Shown here: positions 12,771 through 26,299 of the stretch, in pieces
Layout of the letters: each line of letters starts with the position of its first letter
How positions within the stretch are numbered: the first letter of the stretch is position 1
Source: the human T2T-CHM13v2.0 reference genome, Homo sapiens
Assembly (NCBI RefSeq): GCF_009914755.1
Contig: NC_060933.1
Direction: 5' to 3' (one strand)
DNA: 64,000 nucleotides
The notes under the pieces: model-generated
What the model was told of the DNA's origin: nothing
Database searches by the model: none
What the model saw: the letters and a program-made list of their open reading frames with translations, nothing else
Made by a program: the position numbers and the translations under genes

Positions 12771-15109
12771 TTACTAAGGCTTGGTAGTAAGTTTTAAAAC
12801 TGGGAAGTGTGAGTCTTCTAACTTCATTATATTTCTCAGTGTGCCTTTGGCTATTCAGGGTCCCTTGAAATTCCATATGAAGTAAAGATTGGCTTGTCCC
12901 TTTCTAGAAAAAAAGGTCATCAGAATCTTGATGGGGATTGCATTCAATTTGTAGATCTTTTTGGGTAGTATTGACAGCTTGATACTATTAAGTCTTCTTT
13001 TTAATGGGATGTCTGTCCATTAATTTTGGTCCTAATTTCTTTCAGCAACGTTTTATAATTTTCAATATACAAGTCTTTCACCTTCTTAGTTAATTTATTC
13101 CTAGGTATGTTATTACCTTAGATGCTATTGTAAATGAAATTGCTTTCTTAATTTCCTTTTCTAGTTATTCATTGCTGGTATATAGAAACACAACTGATTT
13201 TTGGTATTGACATTGCACCTTGAAACTTTGTGGAATTAATTTATTAGCTTTCTTGTGTATTCTTTGGAATTTTCTATAAGTAAGACAATGCCATTTGCAA
13301 ATAAATATATTTTACCTGCTCCTTTTCGTTATTTTTTTTTATTGTCTAATTGCTCTGGCTAAAACTTAACTATACAATGTTGCACAGCAGGGTGAAAGTG
13401 AACTTCCTTGTCTCATTCCTGATCTTAGAATGAAGAATTTTAGTTTTTTGCCATAGAGTATAATGTTAGCTGCGGGTTTTTCGTAAATGCTCTTTAGCAT
13501 ATGAGAAATTTCCCTCCTCTACCTAGTTTTCTGAGAGTTATTTTTATCATAAAAAAGATATTGGATTGTCAAATGCCTTTTCTGCATTACATTTTGGTAA
13601 TTATGTGGGTTTCCCCCTTCTTTCTATTAATGTGATGTATTACATTTACTGCTTTTCTTATGTTGAGCCACCCTTGTATTCCTGATATAAATCCCACTTG
13701 GTTGTGGAGTATAATTTTTTTAATGTGCCATTCAATTTAGTTTGCTAGGATTTTGTTGAGGATTTTTGCATTTCTATTCATAAGGGACGTTGGTCTGAAG
13801 TTTCTTTTTTCTTGTGATGTTTTTATCTGACTTTGATATCAGGGTAATGCTGACCTTATAGAATTAGTTACAAAGTTTCCTCTCCTCTTCTATTTTTTAA
13901 AAACAGTTCAAGGTTTGGTATTAGTTCTTTGAATGTTTGGTAGAATTTATCAGTAAAGCCGTCTGGTCCTGGATTTTTCTTTGTTGAGACATTTTTGATT
14001 ATTGAATTAATCTCTTCACTTGTTATATAGGTCTGTTGAGATTTTCTGTTTATTTTTAAGTCAGTTTAGGTAATTTGTGTATTTCTAAAAGTTTGTCCAT
14101 TTCACCTAGATTATCTAATTTTCTGCATACAATTGTTCATACTATTCTCCTAAAATCCTTTTTATTTCTGTATAGTCAATAGTAATGTCTTCACTTTTAT
14201 TTATGGCTTTAGTCATTTGTATCTTTTCTCTTTTGTTCTTTATTAGTCTAGCTAAATTTTGTTAATTTTGTTGATCATTTCAAAGAACAAACTTTTGGGT
14301 TAATTCACTTTCTTTATTGTTTTTGTATTCTCTATTTTATTTATCTGCTATCTAACCTTTATTCTTTTCTTCCTTATCTTACCTTTGAATTTAATTTGCT
14401 CTTTTTCTCCCATTTCCTCAAGATATAAAGTTAGGCTACTGATGTGAGATCTTCCTTCTTTTTAATGTTGGCATTTACAGCTACAAATTTCCCTCTGAAC
14501 TCTGTCTTTCATGCATCCCATAAGTTTTGGTATACTAGTTTGGTTTTCATTTTCATTAGTCTCCAATCATCTAATATCTTTTGTGATTTCTTTTTGACCC
14601 ATTGGTTATATAAGAATGCATTGCTTAATTTCCATATATTTGTGAATTTTCCAATTTTCACAGGCATTGATTTCTGGCTTCATTCTATTATAGTTGGAGA
14701 AGATGCTTTGTATAATTTCAATTTTAAAATTCATTGATATTTGCTTTGTGGCCTACCTAACACATGATTTATCTTGGAGAATATTCCATGTGCACTTAAG
14801 AAGAATGTGTATCCTTCTATTGTTGGGTGGAGGGTTTTGTGTATGTATGTTAGGTCTAGTTAGTTTATAGTGTTGTTCAAGCCCTCTGTGCCCTTATAGA
14901 TCTTATGGTTAAATGTTCTGTTCATTATTGAAAGTGGAGTATTGAAGTCTTCAATTATTATTGTAGAACTGTATATTTCTCCCTTCAATTTTGTAAATCC
15001 TAAAGATCTCTTGACTCTGGCTTCCTGGCTACCAAATTTTTTTCTGTTCTACTTTAATGGTACCTAACCAGCTTCAGCTTTGTTCTGATTAAATCTGTTC
15101 CCCAAACAG

Positions 15110-15630
15110 TAACCAAGGTAACTTTTTCTGAAAACCAAATTTCATCCCAACACTTCTCACTCTAAAACCATTTTCCTAGCTCTCCATTAGCCTCAAGAAA
15201 ACGTTCTTTTTTCTTAGCATGATTTCAAAGCCCACCATGACCTGGCTTTGGTTCCTACCTTTAATTTTACCTTCTTTCCACTCTTCCTTCTTACTCCTGA
15301 TTCCAAATATATTGAGTATTGCATGTTTCCAATTGCACCCAATCCTTTCACCCCCTGGCCTTTGTTTTACTTTGTATGCTGCTAGAACTGCCTCTAGTTC
15401 TGCTCCTCTATCTCTTCATATACAGAATTTCTATTGATCTATAAGTGTCAGTTAAATCATCAGTTCCTCTGAGAAACATACTCTGACTTCCTTATACAAA
15501 ATCACATATCCTTTTAAAGAATTATACCCTTCCATGTGTTTTGATTCTTATCATAACTCTTAACATACCACATTTTGGCTTGTTAATCACCACTAGGGCC
15601 TCTAGCATTGTGCCTGGCAGATAATAGCTT
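15110..15630 (+). mobile_element. L2 3' fragments
   Basis: CCTCTAGCATTGTGCCTGGCA and other L2-like motifs; heavily diverged. Confidence 0.55.
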
Positions 15631-16094
15631 CACTGGGAAAGGCAAGCCACAATTGGCCCTCAATATCTCTTCATGATCTTGCTGAGTATGCCAAGAATAC
15701 AAGATCCTGATCACTCTTTATCTGGACCCATTCCTCAGGATTGTATTTGCAGAGAGCACACCTGAGAGATAATGAAGTAATGTCTCTCAGACAAAAAGCA
15801 GGACTCTTTCTACTTAGCATATTAGTGATGACTCATCTAAGATGTGTGGGTTCTTGTCTTGTAACACAACCACTGTACACATGGGCATTCATCATGGACT
15901 GTTTAAATTGGCCCTGCGGGATTCAGGGAAAACAGGATATCCACGCACATGACCTGCTGTTGCCATGAGTAAGGAAGTCCTTTGTCTCTGACCCAGGAAT
16001 CTCATGTCTTCTGCTAGCATCTGAGAAACAGTAATAGTCTAAATTGTTAGCTTGCAAGTAGAGTAAAATCCTAGACCCCTCACAATTCTTGAAA
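15631..16094 (+). mobile_element. LTR47-like solo LTR (ERVL class)
   Basis: 3' portion AAGTCCTTTGTCTCTGACCCAGGA...TTGTTAGCTTGCAAGTAGAGTAAAATC...CACAATTCTTGA matches the recalled LTR47 end. Confidence 0.7.
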
Positions 16095-16117
16095 GTTCAA
16101 GAAGTATTTTTTAGCTA

Positions 16118-17081
<964 letters not shown>

Positions 17082-17111
17082 GCTGTAAGAACAAAAGCTG
17101 GAATTGTCACC

Positions 17112-17527
17112 TGCACTAATTTTCTAGGGCTGTGATAACACAGTATCACAGACTGGGTGGCTTGTACAACAGAAATTTACTTTCTCACAATTCTGAGGGC
17201 TACACATCTGAGGTCAATGTGTCAGCAGGTTTGGTTCTTTCTGAGAGCTGTGAAGGAAAGATCTGTTTCAGGCTTCTCTCTTTGGCTTGTTGATGGTCAT
17301 CTTCTTCCTGTGGCTTCACATGGTTTTTCCTCTGTACATGTTTGTATCTGAATATCCTCTTCTTATAGGAAGCTAGACATATTAGATTAGGGCCCACACT
17401 AATGACCTCATTATAACTTAATTACCTCTGAAAAGACTCTATCCCCAAGTCTGGTCACATTCTGAGGTACTGGCGTTTAGGACTCCAACATAGAAATTTT
17501 TGGAGGGACACAATTCAGCCCATAATA
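17112..17527 (-). mobile_element. MLT1B-like MaLR LTR
   Basis: CAACAGAAATTTA...GATTAGGGCCCAC...GGGACACAATTCAGCCCATAA. Confidence 0.85.
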
Positions 17528-18089
17528 GCATCATAAATAAAAGCAGAATACAAACATTTGGTAGGTTTTACCTCATAAGCCTTTGTCTTATTAAATGTAA
17601 TGAATTATTAACAAAAATATTTAAAAACTAACTTTATTTCGGAGAGACATAAACTTGATTTTTTCCCAACATATTTCAAAAATTCTTCTTAAATCCTTGC
17701 TATTTAGCATTTTTCTCCTGTGGGTATACTAATAAAACTATTTGACCATTCGAGACTGTATTTTAAAGCAGAGACATTTCCAACATTACACTAAGGCAAT
17801 CATTTATTATACAGATTAGTCTAAAATTTTCTCTGAAATTAAAACATGGGAATAGGGTGCATTTGTATTGGTAGGTGTTATCTAATTATGAAAACTGATA
17901 GAATTAAAACATTAAAAATAGCCACAAAATGAGGGCAAGTCTTACTGACTTGAGATTTATCTTTTTAGCTTATAGTATCTCATTTCTGGTTTTGTGTGTC
18001 ATGTGGAATTAAACATTAGTTTTTGACATGGAAAAGAAATTTCAAGAGATTAAGGCTTGAGAAATACAATTAAAGAACATCACAACTAA

Positions 18090-18502
<413 letters not shown>

Positions 18503-18663
18503 TTATCCCAACAATATTTGCCTTTTTGTATTTACAAAACACCGAATTTTTGACTCTGAAAAAAAAAATGCTACAGTAAAACCACAAAGTCTTGATTACC
18601 TATGAAATTCATACATTTCCTTAGAAATTGGGCCATAATTCAATTACCCCAAAGTGATTGTCA

Positions 18664-19043
<380 letters not shown>

Positions 19044-19154
19044 CTAATGAATTCCATCATTTAAAAATATTTATTAAATGTCTACTATGTGTTAAATGTT
19101 ACAGTAATTGCTAGGGACATCATGGTGAACACAGTCTGCATGCTCTTTGCCTCC

Positions 19155-19680
19155 AGTTATTTTGTACAGTATTTTGGCTTTATCTAATGTTTTCTTATGA
19201 AATGAGGGGTTTGTGATAGGACTATGAGTTATACGAATATGAGGGTGATGTTCCCTTTGATCATTTGGGTAAGGTAGTATCTGTTGAGTTTCTCCACTGT
19301 TTAGGTCTTTTTGTAAGTAATAAACATCTTGAGGGAGATATTTGAGACTATGTGAATATATTGCTTTTCCTCAAACTTTTGCTCACCAATTTTAGCACCC
19401 ATCCATGGATCTTTCTATGGCAAGTTTTGCTGTGGTGTTTGACTGATGTTGAGTTTCTATTTCCCTCTTTCCTTCTGCATTTATTACTTGTAGTTATTCT
19501 GTAAGGAAATGCTGTCCCATCTCCCCATTTTATTTGTTTATTTATTTATTTATTTACATCACTTGTGGCTTAATGATGTTTATTTTATTCTATTTAATAC
19601 TATCATTCTGTATTTTGTGGCCTAAATTGTTCCAGCTTTGATGTCCTTTTGATAAGCTCTAACTTAAAAATTCTTTTTAA
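19155..19680 (-). mobile_element. L1MC-type 3'UTR fragment (short L2 piece at about 19065-19150)
   Basis: TTTGATCATTTGGGTAAGGTAGTATCTG...TTTCTCCACTGT...GGGAGATATTTGAGACTATGTGAATAT. Confidence 0.65.
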
Positions 19681-19779
19681 ATCTTTTTTTGGATTTATTC
19701 CAAACCCTTCATCTACCCAGGGCTGTTTTATTTTACAAGCATTCTTTGGCCTTATTAAAACATTGATAGTTGACAAAAA

Positions 19780-22700
19780 GGTTTATTGATGTGTAATTGA
19801 ATAATTGGTACATGATAAACTTCGCATATTTGAAGGGTACAATCCGGCACATTTTGACATACTTATAGACCTGTGACACCATCACCACATTCAAGTTAAC
19901 CCATTTATGCCTAATATCCCATTATTGGAACGCTATGCACGTGGGAGTTATTTATATCCTACTGCTCAAGGTCATAGCCAAGGTCTGATTGCAAAAATTT
20001 TAAAAATTGCAACCTCCAGCATAAGTGGGTTAATGAACATGTATATCACCCCTAAAACTCTCCTCATGCCTCCCCCTTACCCTCACCCAATATTCTGAGG
20101 CAACTGCTGATTTGTTTTCTGTCATTGGAGATTAATTCACACTGTCTAAAATTTCATGTAAGGGAAACCACACAACTTTCCTACTTGTTTCTTTCATTAG
20201 TATAATTATTTTGAGATCCATTCATGGTGTTGTATATATCAATCGTTTATTCCTTTTTATTGTTGAATATTATTCCACTGTATGGATATACATGTATCCA
20301 TTGATGGACATAGGGTTCATTCCCTGCTTTGGGCTATTACAAATTGTTCCAGCACTTTCAACATGTGTTTGCGTGTCTTAGGAGTCGAATGATTGGATCA
20401 GTCACATTGTAGGTTAATGGTTAATTTTTTTAGAAACTTGCCAAACAGCTTTCCAGGGTGGTTATACCATTTTCTATTCCTATCAGAAGAATAGGAAAGT
20501 TCCAGTTCTTTCCTATCCTTTCCAACACTTGGTATGGTCAGTCTTTCGAATTTTATCTACTTTAATAGCTATATTATGGTATCTTATTGAAGTCTTTATT
20601 TGATAAATATTTTAAACACCTTTCCCATGCTCTTAGTAGCCATTCTTATCTCATCTTTCCTGAAGTGTTGACACAATTTTTTTATTGGATTGCTTGTTTT
20701 CTCAATATTACATTTTTAGAGTTTTTCATTCTGGATGACTTTATCAGATTGACGGTTTGCAATATTTTTTCTCAGTGTATGGCTAGCTTTTCATTTTCTT
20801 GGCAATGCTTTTAAAGGGAAGAAAGTCTGAATTTTGATAAAGTCTAATTCATTAACTTTTTCTGAATTAATTTTACTTTTTGCATTATATCTAAAAAATC
20901 TTTGCCTATCACATGATGACAAGGTTTTCTCCTCTACTTTCTTATAGGTATTTTATAGTTTAGGTTTTACATTTAGGTCTGTGATCCATTTTGAATTAAC
21001 ATTTTATATGGTGTGAGGAATGCATTAAATTCCTTTTTGGTTCACTTTTTTGGGTTTTTGTATTGTTTTGTTTTGTTTGCATATGGATATCCAAGTGTCC
21101 CAGCACTGTTTGTTGAAAAAACTATATTTTAATCTACTGAATTACCTTTGCACTTTTATTAAAAGATATGTGTGTGGTTCTATTTCTGGACTCTTTATTC
21201 TCTTTTATTGATTTATGTGTCTATCTTGACACTAATGTCTCACTATCTTGATCACTGTACCTTTACAATAATGCTTAAAATAAGATAGTGCTACTATCCA
21301 AATTTATCATTCTTTTTAAAAGTTCTCTTGGTGTTCCAATCTTTTGAATTTTAACATTTTTTAAGGATCAGTTTGTCAGTTTTTGTCAAAAAAAAACTTT
21401 CTGGAATTTTTATTGTGATCTCATTGAATTTATAGATCAATTAGGAGAGATTTGCCATTTTAATAATATTGATTCTTCCAAGCTGTAAACACTTGTTATC
21501 TCTGCATTTAACACTGTTATCGCTGTTATTTATTTATTTCTTCTGCACTTTCTCTCAGCAATATCTTATAGTTTTCAGTGTAGAGGTCACATCTTTGTCA
21601 GATTCATTCCCAAGTGTTTTTTATGCTATTATAAACAGTGTTTAAAGTTCAATTTCTCATTGTTCATTGTTACCATATAGAAATATAATGTATTATATTA
21701 TATTAGTTCTGGTAGCTGTGTAGCACATTTCATTGGATTTTCTTCATAGATAGCTTTCTGTTTGCAAATAGAGACAGTTTTACTTCTTCCTTTCCAATTT
21801 GAATGTCTTTTATGTCTTTCATCACCTTATTACACTGCTCAGAACCTCTAGTACAATGTTGAAAACAGGTGGAGTGAAATCTTTGTGTTGTTAATTTGGG
21901 GGAAAATATTTAATCTTTTACTGCTAAGTATGTTAGCTATAGGTTTATTGTAGGTACTCTTTTTAAGTTTGAGCAACTTTTATTCCAAGTTTTTTGCAAG
22001 ATTTTAAGATGAAAAATGTAAATATGATTTTGTGAAATGTTTTTTTCTCTGTCTTGAGATGATCATACAGTTTTTTTCTTTTCATTTGTTCATGTGGTAG
22101 ATTGCATTGATTTTCAAATGCAAGCCAACCTTGTATTCATGGGATAAACCCCACTTTGCCATGTTATATTGTTCTTTTTATATATCAGTGACTTAGATTT
22201 ATTTAGAATTTTTACATATATTTTTATGTGGAATTTTAATCTGTAATTAAAAAAATACATTTGTTAGTTTTTTTGAATCAATAATGCTGTCCTTGTAGAG
22301 AGAATTTGGAACTGTTCTCTCTAATTTTCTGGAAGAGTTTTTATAGAATTAGTATTATTATTTTCTTAAATATTTGGTAGAACTCACCAGTGAAGTTATT
22401 TTATCCTGGAGTTTTCTTTGCTGGGAGGATTTTAACTAAAAATTCAATTTCATTATGAGATTCAGGGCTATTTAGGTTATTTATCTTCTTCAGTGAGCTT
22501 TGGTAGTTTATGTCTTTAAAGGAGTTTGTCCATTTTTGTCTAAATTGTCAGATTTATTGGCATAATATTATTCATAGTATTCTCCTGTTTTGCTTTTAAC
22601 ATTTGTAGCATTTGTAGTAATGTCACCTCTCTCCTTCTTGATATTGGGCCTTCATTTCTTCTATCTTTTTTTTCTGATAAGCTTTTCTAGAAGTTATCCA

Positions 22701-22790
22701 TTTTTTTTATCATCTCAAAGAACCAGCTTTTGGTTTTATTGATTCTATTTTTTCTGTTTTCTATTTCACTGACTTTAATGTTAAAAATTC
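19780..22790 (-). mobile_element. Old L1M (MC/MD-type) 3'UTR and ORF2 fragment
   Basis: Collinear diverged L1 ORF2 sequence; hosts MER85. Confidence 0.8.
19900..20029 (+). mobile_element. MER85 piggyBac (PGBD3-related) MITE
   Basis: TTAA TSDs at 19896-19899 and 20030-20033; TIR CCCATTTATGCCT; body GTGGGAGTTATTTATATCCTACTGCTCAAGGTCAT. Confidence 0.93.
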
Positions 22791-22899
22791 TTATATATTT
22801 ACCTACCTAGTTACCATTTCTGGTGATACTTAATATTTTAGTTAACTTTTTCTTAATTTAATGTTGTTCTATCAAAGTCATTAGAAAGTATTTGCTTAT

Positions 22900-23851
22900 T
22901 TGGGAGTCCAAGGCAGGAGGACTGCTTGAGGCCTGGAATTTTGAAGTGATCTCATTGCTGGAGGTATCACCTGAAGTTCTTGGTGTCAAGAAAATTAAGG
23001 AGCATGGACACCAAGGATGAGGTTGGGGCAAAGTTTAATAAGTGAAAGAAGAAAGCTCTCTGCTGTGGAGAGGGATGCCATTTTGCAGTTGAATACAATA
23101 ATTTTTAGAAACAGGCTGGTGGGACAGGATGCCTTATTTGCATAAGGTGCGAAAAACTGGTCAGGACTAAGTGTTTCGTTTGCATAAGGTGTGAATTCCT
23201 GACAGTTCCACCCTGTCCCTCTAGTGCCCATGTGGGCTGTTAGTCTGAGTTACTCCATGTTATTTAACTTCCCTACTGCCCATGTGTCAGGGGATGGAAT
23301 TTTCCATTGTGGACCTGCCTGGTTCTGTGTATCTTATCTGTGCAGCTATAGGCATGTTTTAGGCAAGACTCCCTATGCAAGCTCCCTTAATTGAGTATGC
23401 CCAAAAAAGGAAAGGGATGTGCTCAGTGAAGCCCATCATGTATATGTGAATCTTGCTGGCTACACAAAAGGCAGTTTTTATGTTGGATCTTGCTTCCTTA
23501 TCTGTGCTTGTAGCTTGATCTTTCAGGCTGCTCTTTTAGAAAAGAACTCTTCCAAGGACATGTCCTAAGTCTCTGCTTAACTTGTTCCTTCCTCTCTCCT
23601 CTCTCAGTTTGAGATCAGCCTGGGCAACATAGTGAGACCCTGTCTCAACAACAATAACAAAATTAAATAAAAAATTAGCTGAGCATGGTGGTGTGCACCA
23701 TAGTCCTAGCTACTCAGGAAGCTGAGGCAGGAGGATTGCTTGAGCCCAGGAGTTCAAGGCTGCAGTGAACTATAATCATACCTCTGCACTCTAGCCTGGG
23801 TGACAGAGAGAGACTCTGTCTTAAAACAAAAAACAAACAAATAAATAAAAA
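22900..23851 (+). mobile_element. 5'-truncated AluJ split by a MER50 LTR
   Basis: GGATTGCTTGAGCCCAGGAGTTCAAGGCTGCAGTGA; TSD AGAAARTATTTGYTTAT at 22883-22899 and 23852-23868. Confidence 0.88.
22942..23606 (-). mobile_element. MER50-family solo LTR (ERV1)
   Basis: TG...CA termini; minus-strand start TGAGAGAGGAGAGAGGAAGGAA...CAGCCTGAAAGATCAAGCT...CACAGATAAGG; 4-bp TSD ATTT/GTTT. Confidence 0.8.
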
Positions 23852-23868
23852 AGAAAATATTTGTTTAT

Positions 23869-24012
23869 GTATTTACTTTCTCCACTAGACTATAAAATCC
23901 TTGATGCGGGTACTGATTTTTATTAATATTTGCATTTCAAATGCTATAGCTCGAATACAGTGCTCAATGAATGTATGTATAATGAATGAAGGAATGGATG
24001 GATGGATGAATG
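23869..24012 (+). mobile_element. L2 3' end
   Basis: CCACTAGACTATAAA...AGTGCTCAATGAAT followed by a (TGAA/TGGA)n tail. Confidence 0.7.
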
Positions 24013-24269
24013 GGGGTAATGAGACATACCGTAGAGTCTTTTCCTTAGGCAAAGGCACACTGACAAAGAGCCCTTTTTATATACCCTCTTCATCCAGAAT
24101 CTGGGGAAGATATTGATGAGGATGGTGGAGAAGGTAGAGAGATTGGGGTTTTATACGTTCCTTTGTTCATAAAACATGTTAGAAAAATAATGTCTGAGTT
24201 GAGCTCCCTTCTCCCCAGCAACCTCTCTCCCCAGCCACCCCCACCATCCACTGCTCCTTCTGCCTTGAG

Positions 24270-24900
<631 letters not shown>

Positions 24901-25562
24901 AAATAGAGAAGTCAAAAATGAACATCTGGCTCATAATGCATGGCATATGGGGTAAGTGCATTGGGCACCCTCTGAAAGGCATTACAACTCAAAAGTACTA
25001 TTTTACTTATGTCTTGAAAACTGCAAAAATGCCTAATATATCCTAAGCATATAGGCAATATAGAAAGGTTTAGAATAGAAATTAAATGCTACATTGCCAT
25101 CTAGTTCCTTCTGTGTAACTTCATAAGCAATGAGTAAGACGCTTTTGTCATTTTCATTGGGAACATCTGAATTCCATGCTGTCTATGCCATGTTTGGAGT
25201 TTCTCATCTATCTTGGGTGGAAACTTGTTCCTGGTCATTGATTTTGGAAAGATTTACTCAGTCAGGGACGATTATGGTGAAGAACTTGTTAAGCTACCTT
25301 GTTTGTAGAGCCAACCAACCCCATCTTATTTATCTTGTCAATTCCACAGTTTCACATTTTCCAATTTATACACAGAAGAAAATACATCCCTTAGGAAAAT
25401 GCCCTTAGGAAAACTTAACCTAGTTTGACTTCTTAAAATTTTTTTAACTAAAAAATAAATTCAGGTAAAAATTTGAAAAGTTACAAATAAAAAGCAAAAA
25501 TAACAAGTTGTGTGTGTATGTGGGGTAAGGATTGAGTTGATAACTAAAAACCAAAAGGGACC

Positions 25563-25948
25563 TATGTTAGTTTTCTGAGGGTGCCATGACAAATTGCCAC
25601 AAACTTCGTGGCTTAAAACAACAGAAATGTATTCACTCCTAGATCTGGAGGTCAGAAGTCTGAAAGCCAGGTGTTGCCCACACTCCCTCCGGAGGCTCTT
25701 GGGAAGACCTTGCCTTGCCTCTTCCAGCTTCTGATGGCTTCAGGTGTTTCTTGGCTTTCTTGGCTTATGGCCGCGTCTCTCCAATCTCTGCCTCCAGCTT
25801 CACATTGTCTTCTCCTCTGTGTCTGAGTCCTCTCTGCTCCTGTCTCAAATCAGCTCTGCTTTTCTGTTATTATTAGGACACTTGCATTGGATTTAGGGCC
25901 CACACAGATAACCTAGGATGATTTCCTCATCGCAATGTCCTTAATAAC
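25563..25948 (-). mobile_element. MLT1C-like MaLR LTR, truncated
   Basis: GGCTTAAAACAACAGAAAT...CTTGCCTCTTCCAGCTTCTG...CATTGGATTTAGGGCCCAC. Confidence 0.82.
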
Positions 25949-26038
25949 TCTTAAGGATGAACCTCAGGTAAGGAGAGGAAAAGGAACCTAGAGGAAAGGC
26001 ATCTTATTTAGGAAACAAAGTGACACACATCTATAAAA

Positions 26039-26070
26039 TATATTGGCAAGACTATAGTCTTGCCAATATA
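26039..26070. repeat. Perfect 32-bp palindrome, no spacer
   Basis: TATATTGGCAAGACTA|TAGTCTTGCCAATATA is its own reverse complement. Confidence 0.97.
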
Positions 26071-26299
26071 GGTAGGTAATCACGGTCATTGTTCTATATG
26101 CTTAATAACGTGGATTTGGAATCTAGTCAACATTAACAAAATGGGGGGAGGTTATTCAATGGGTACTTAAAACCTACTAAGGTATTTGTCTTGCTGAGAA
26201 GGACCAGGTGTGAAATAACTTTAGACTTTGTTAGTTGATAGTTGAGTATATATGTTACTACAAACTACAAAATAAGAAGTAAATCCAAATATACTAGCA

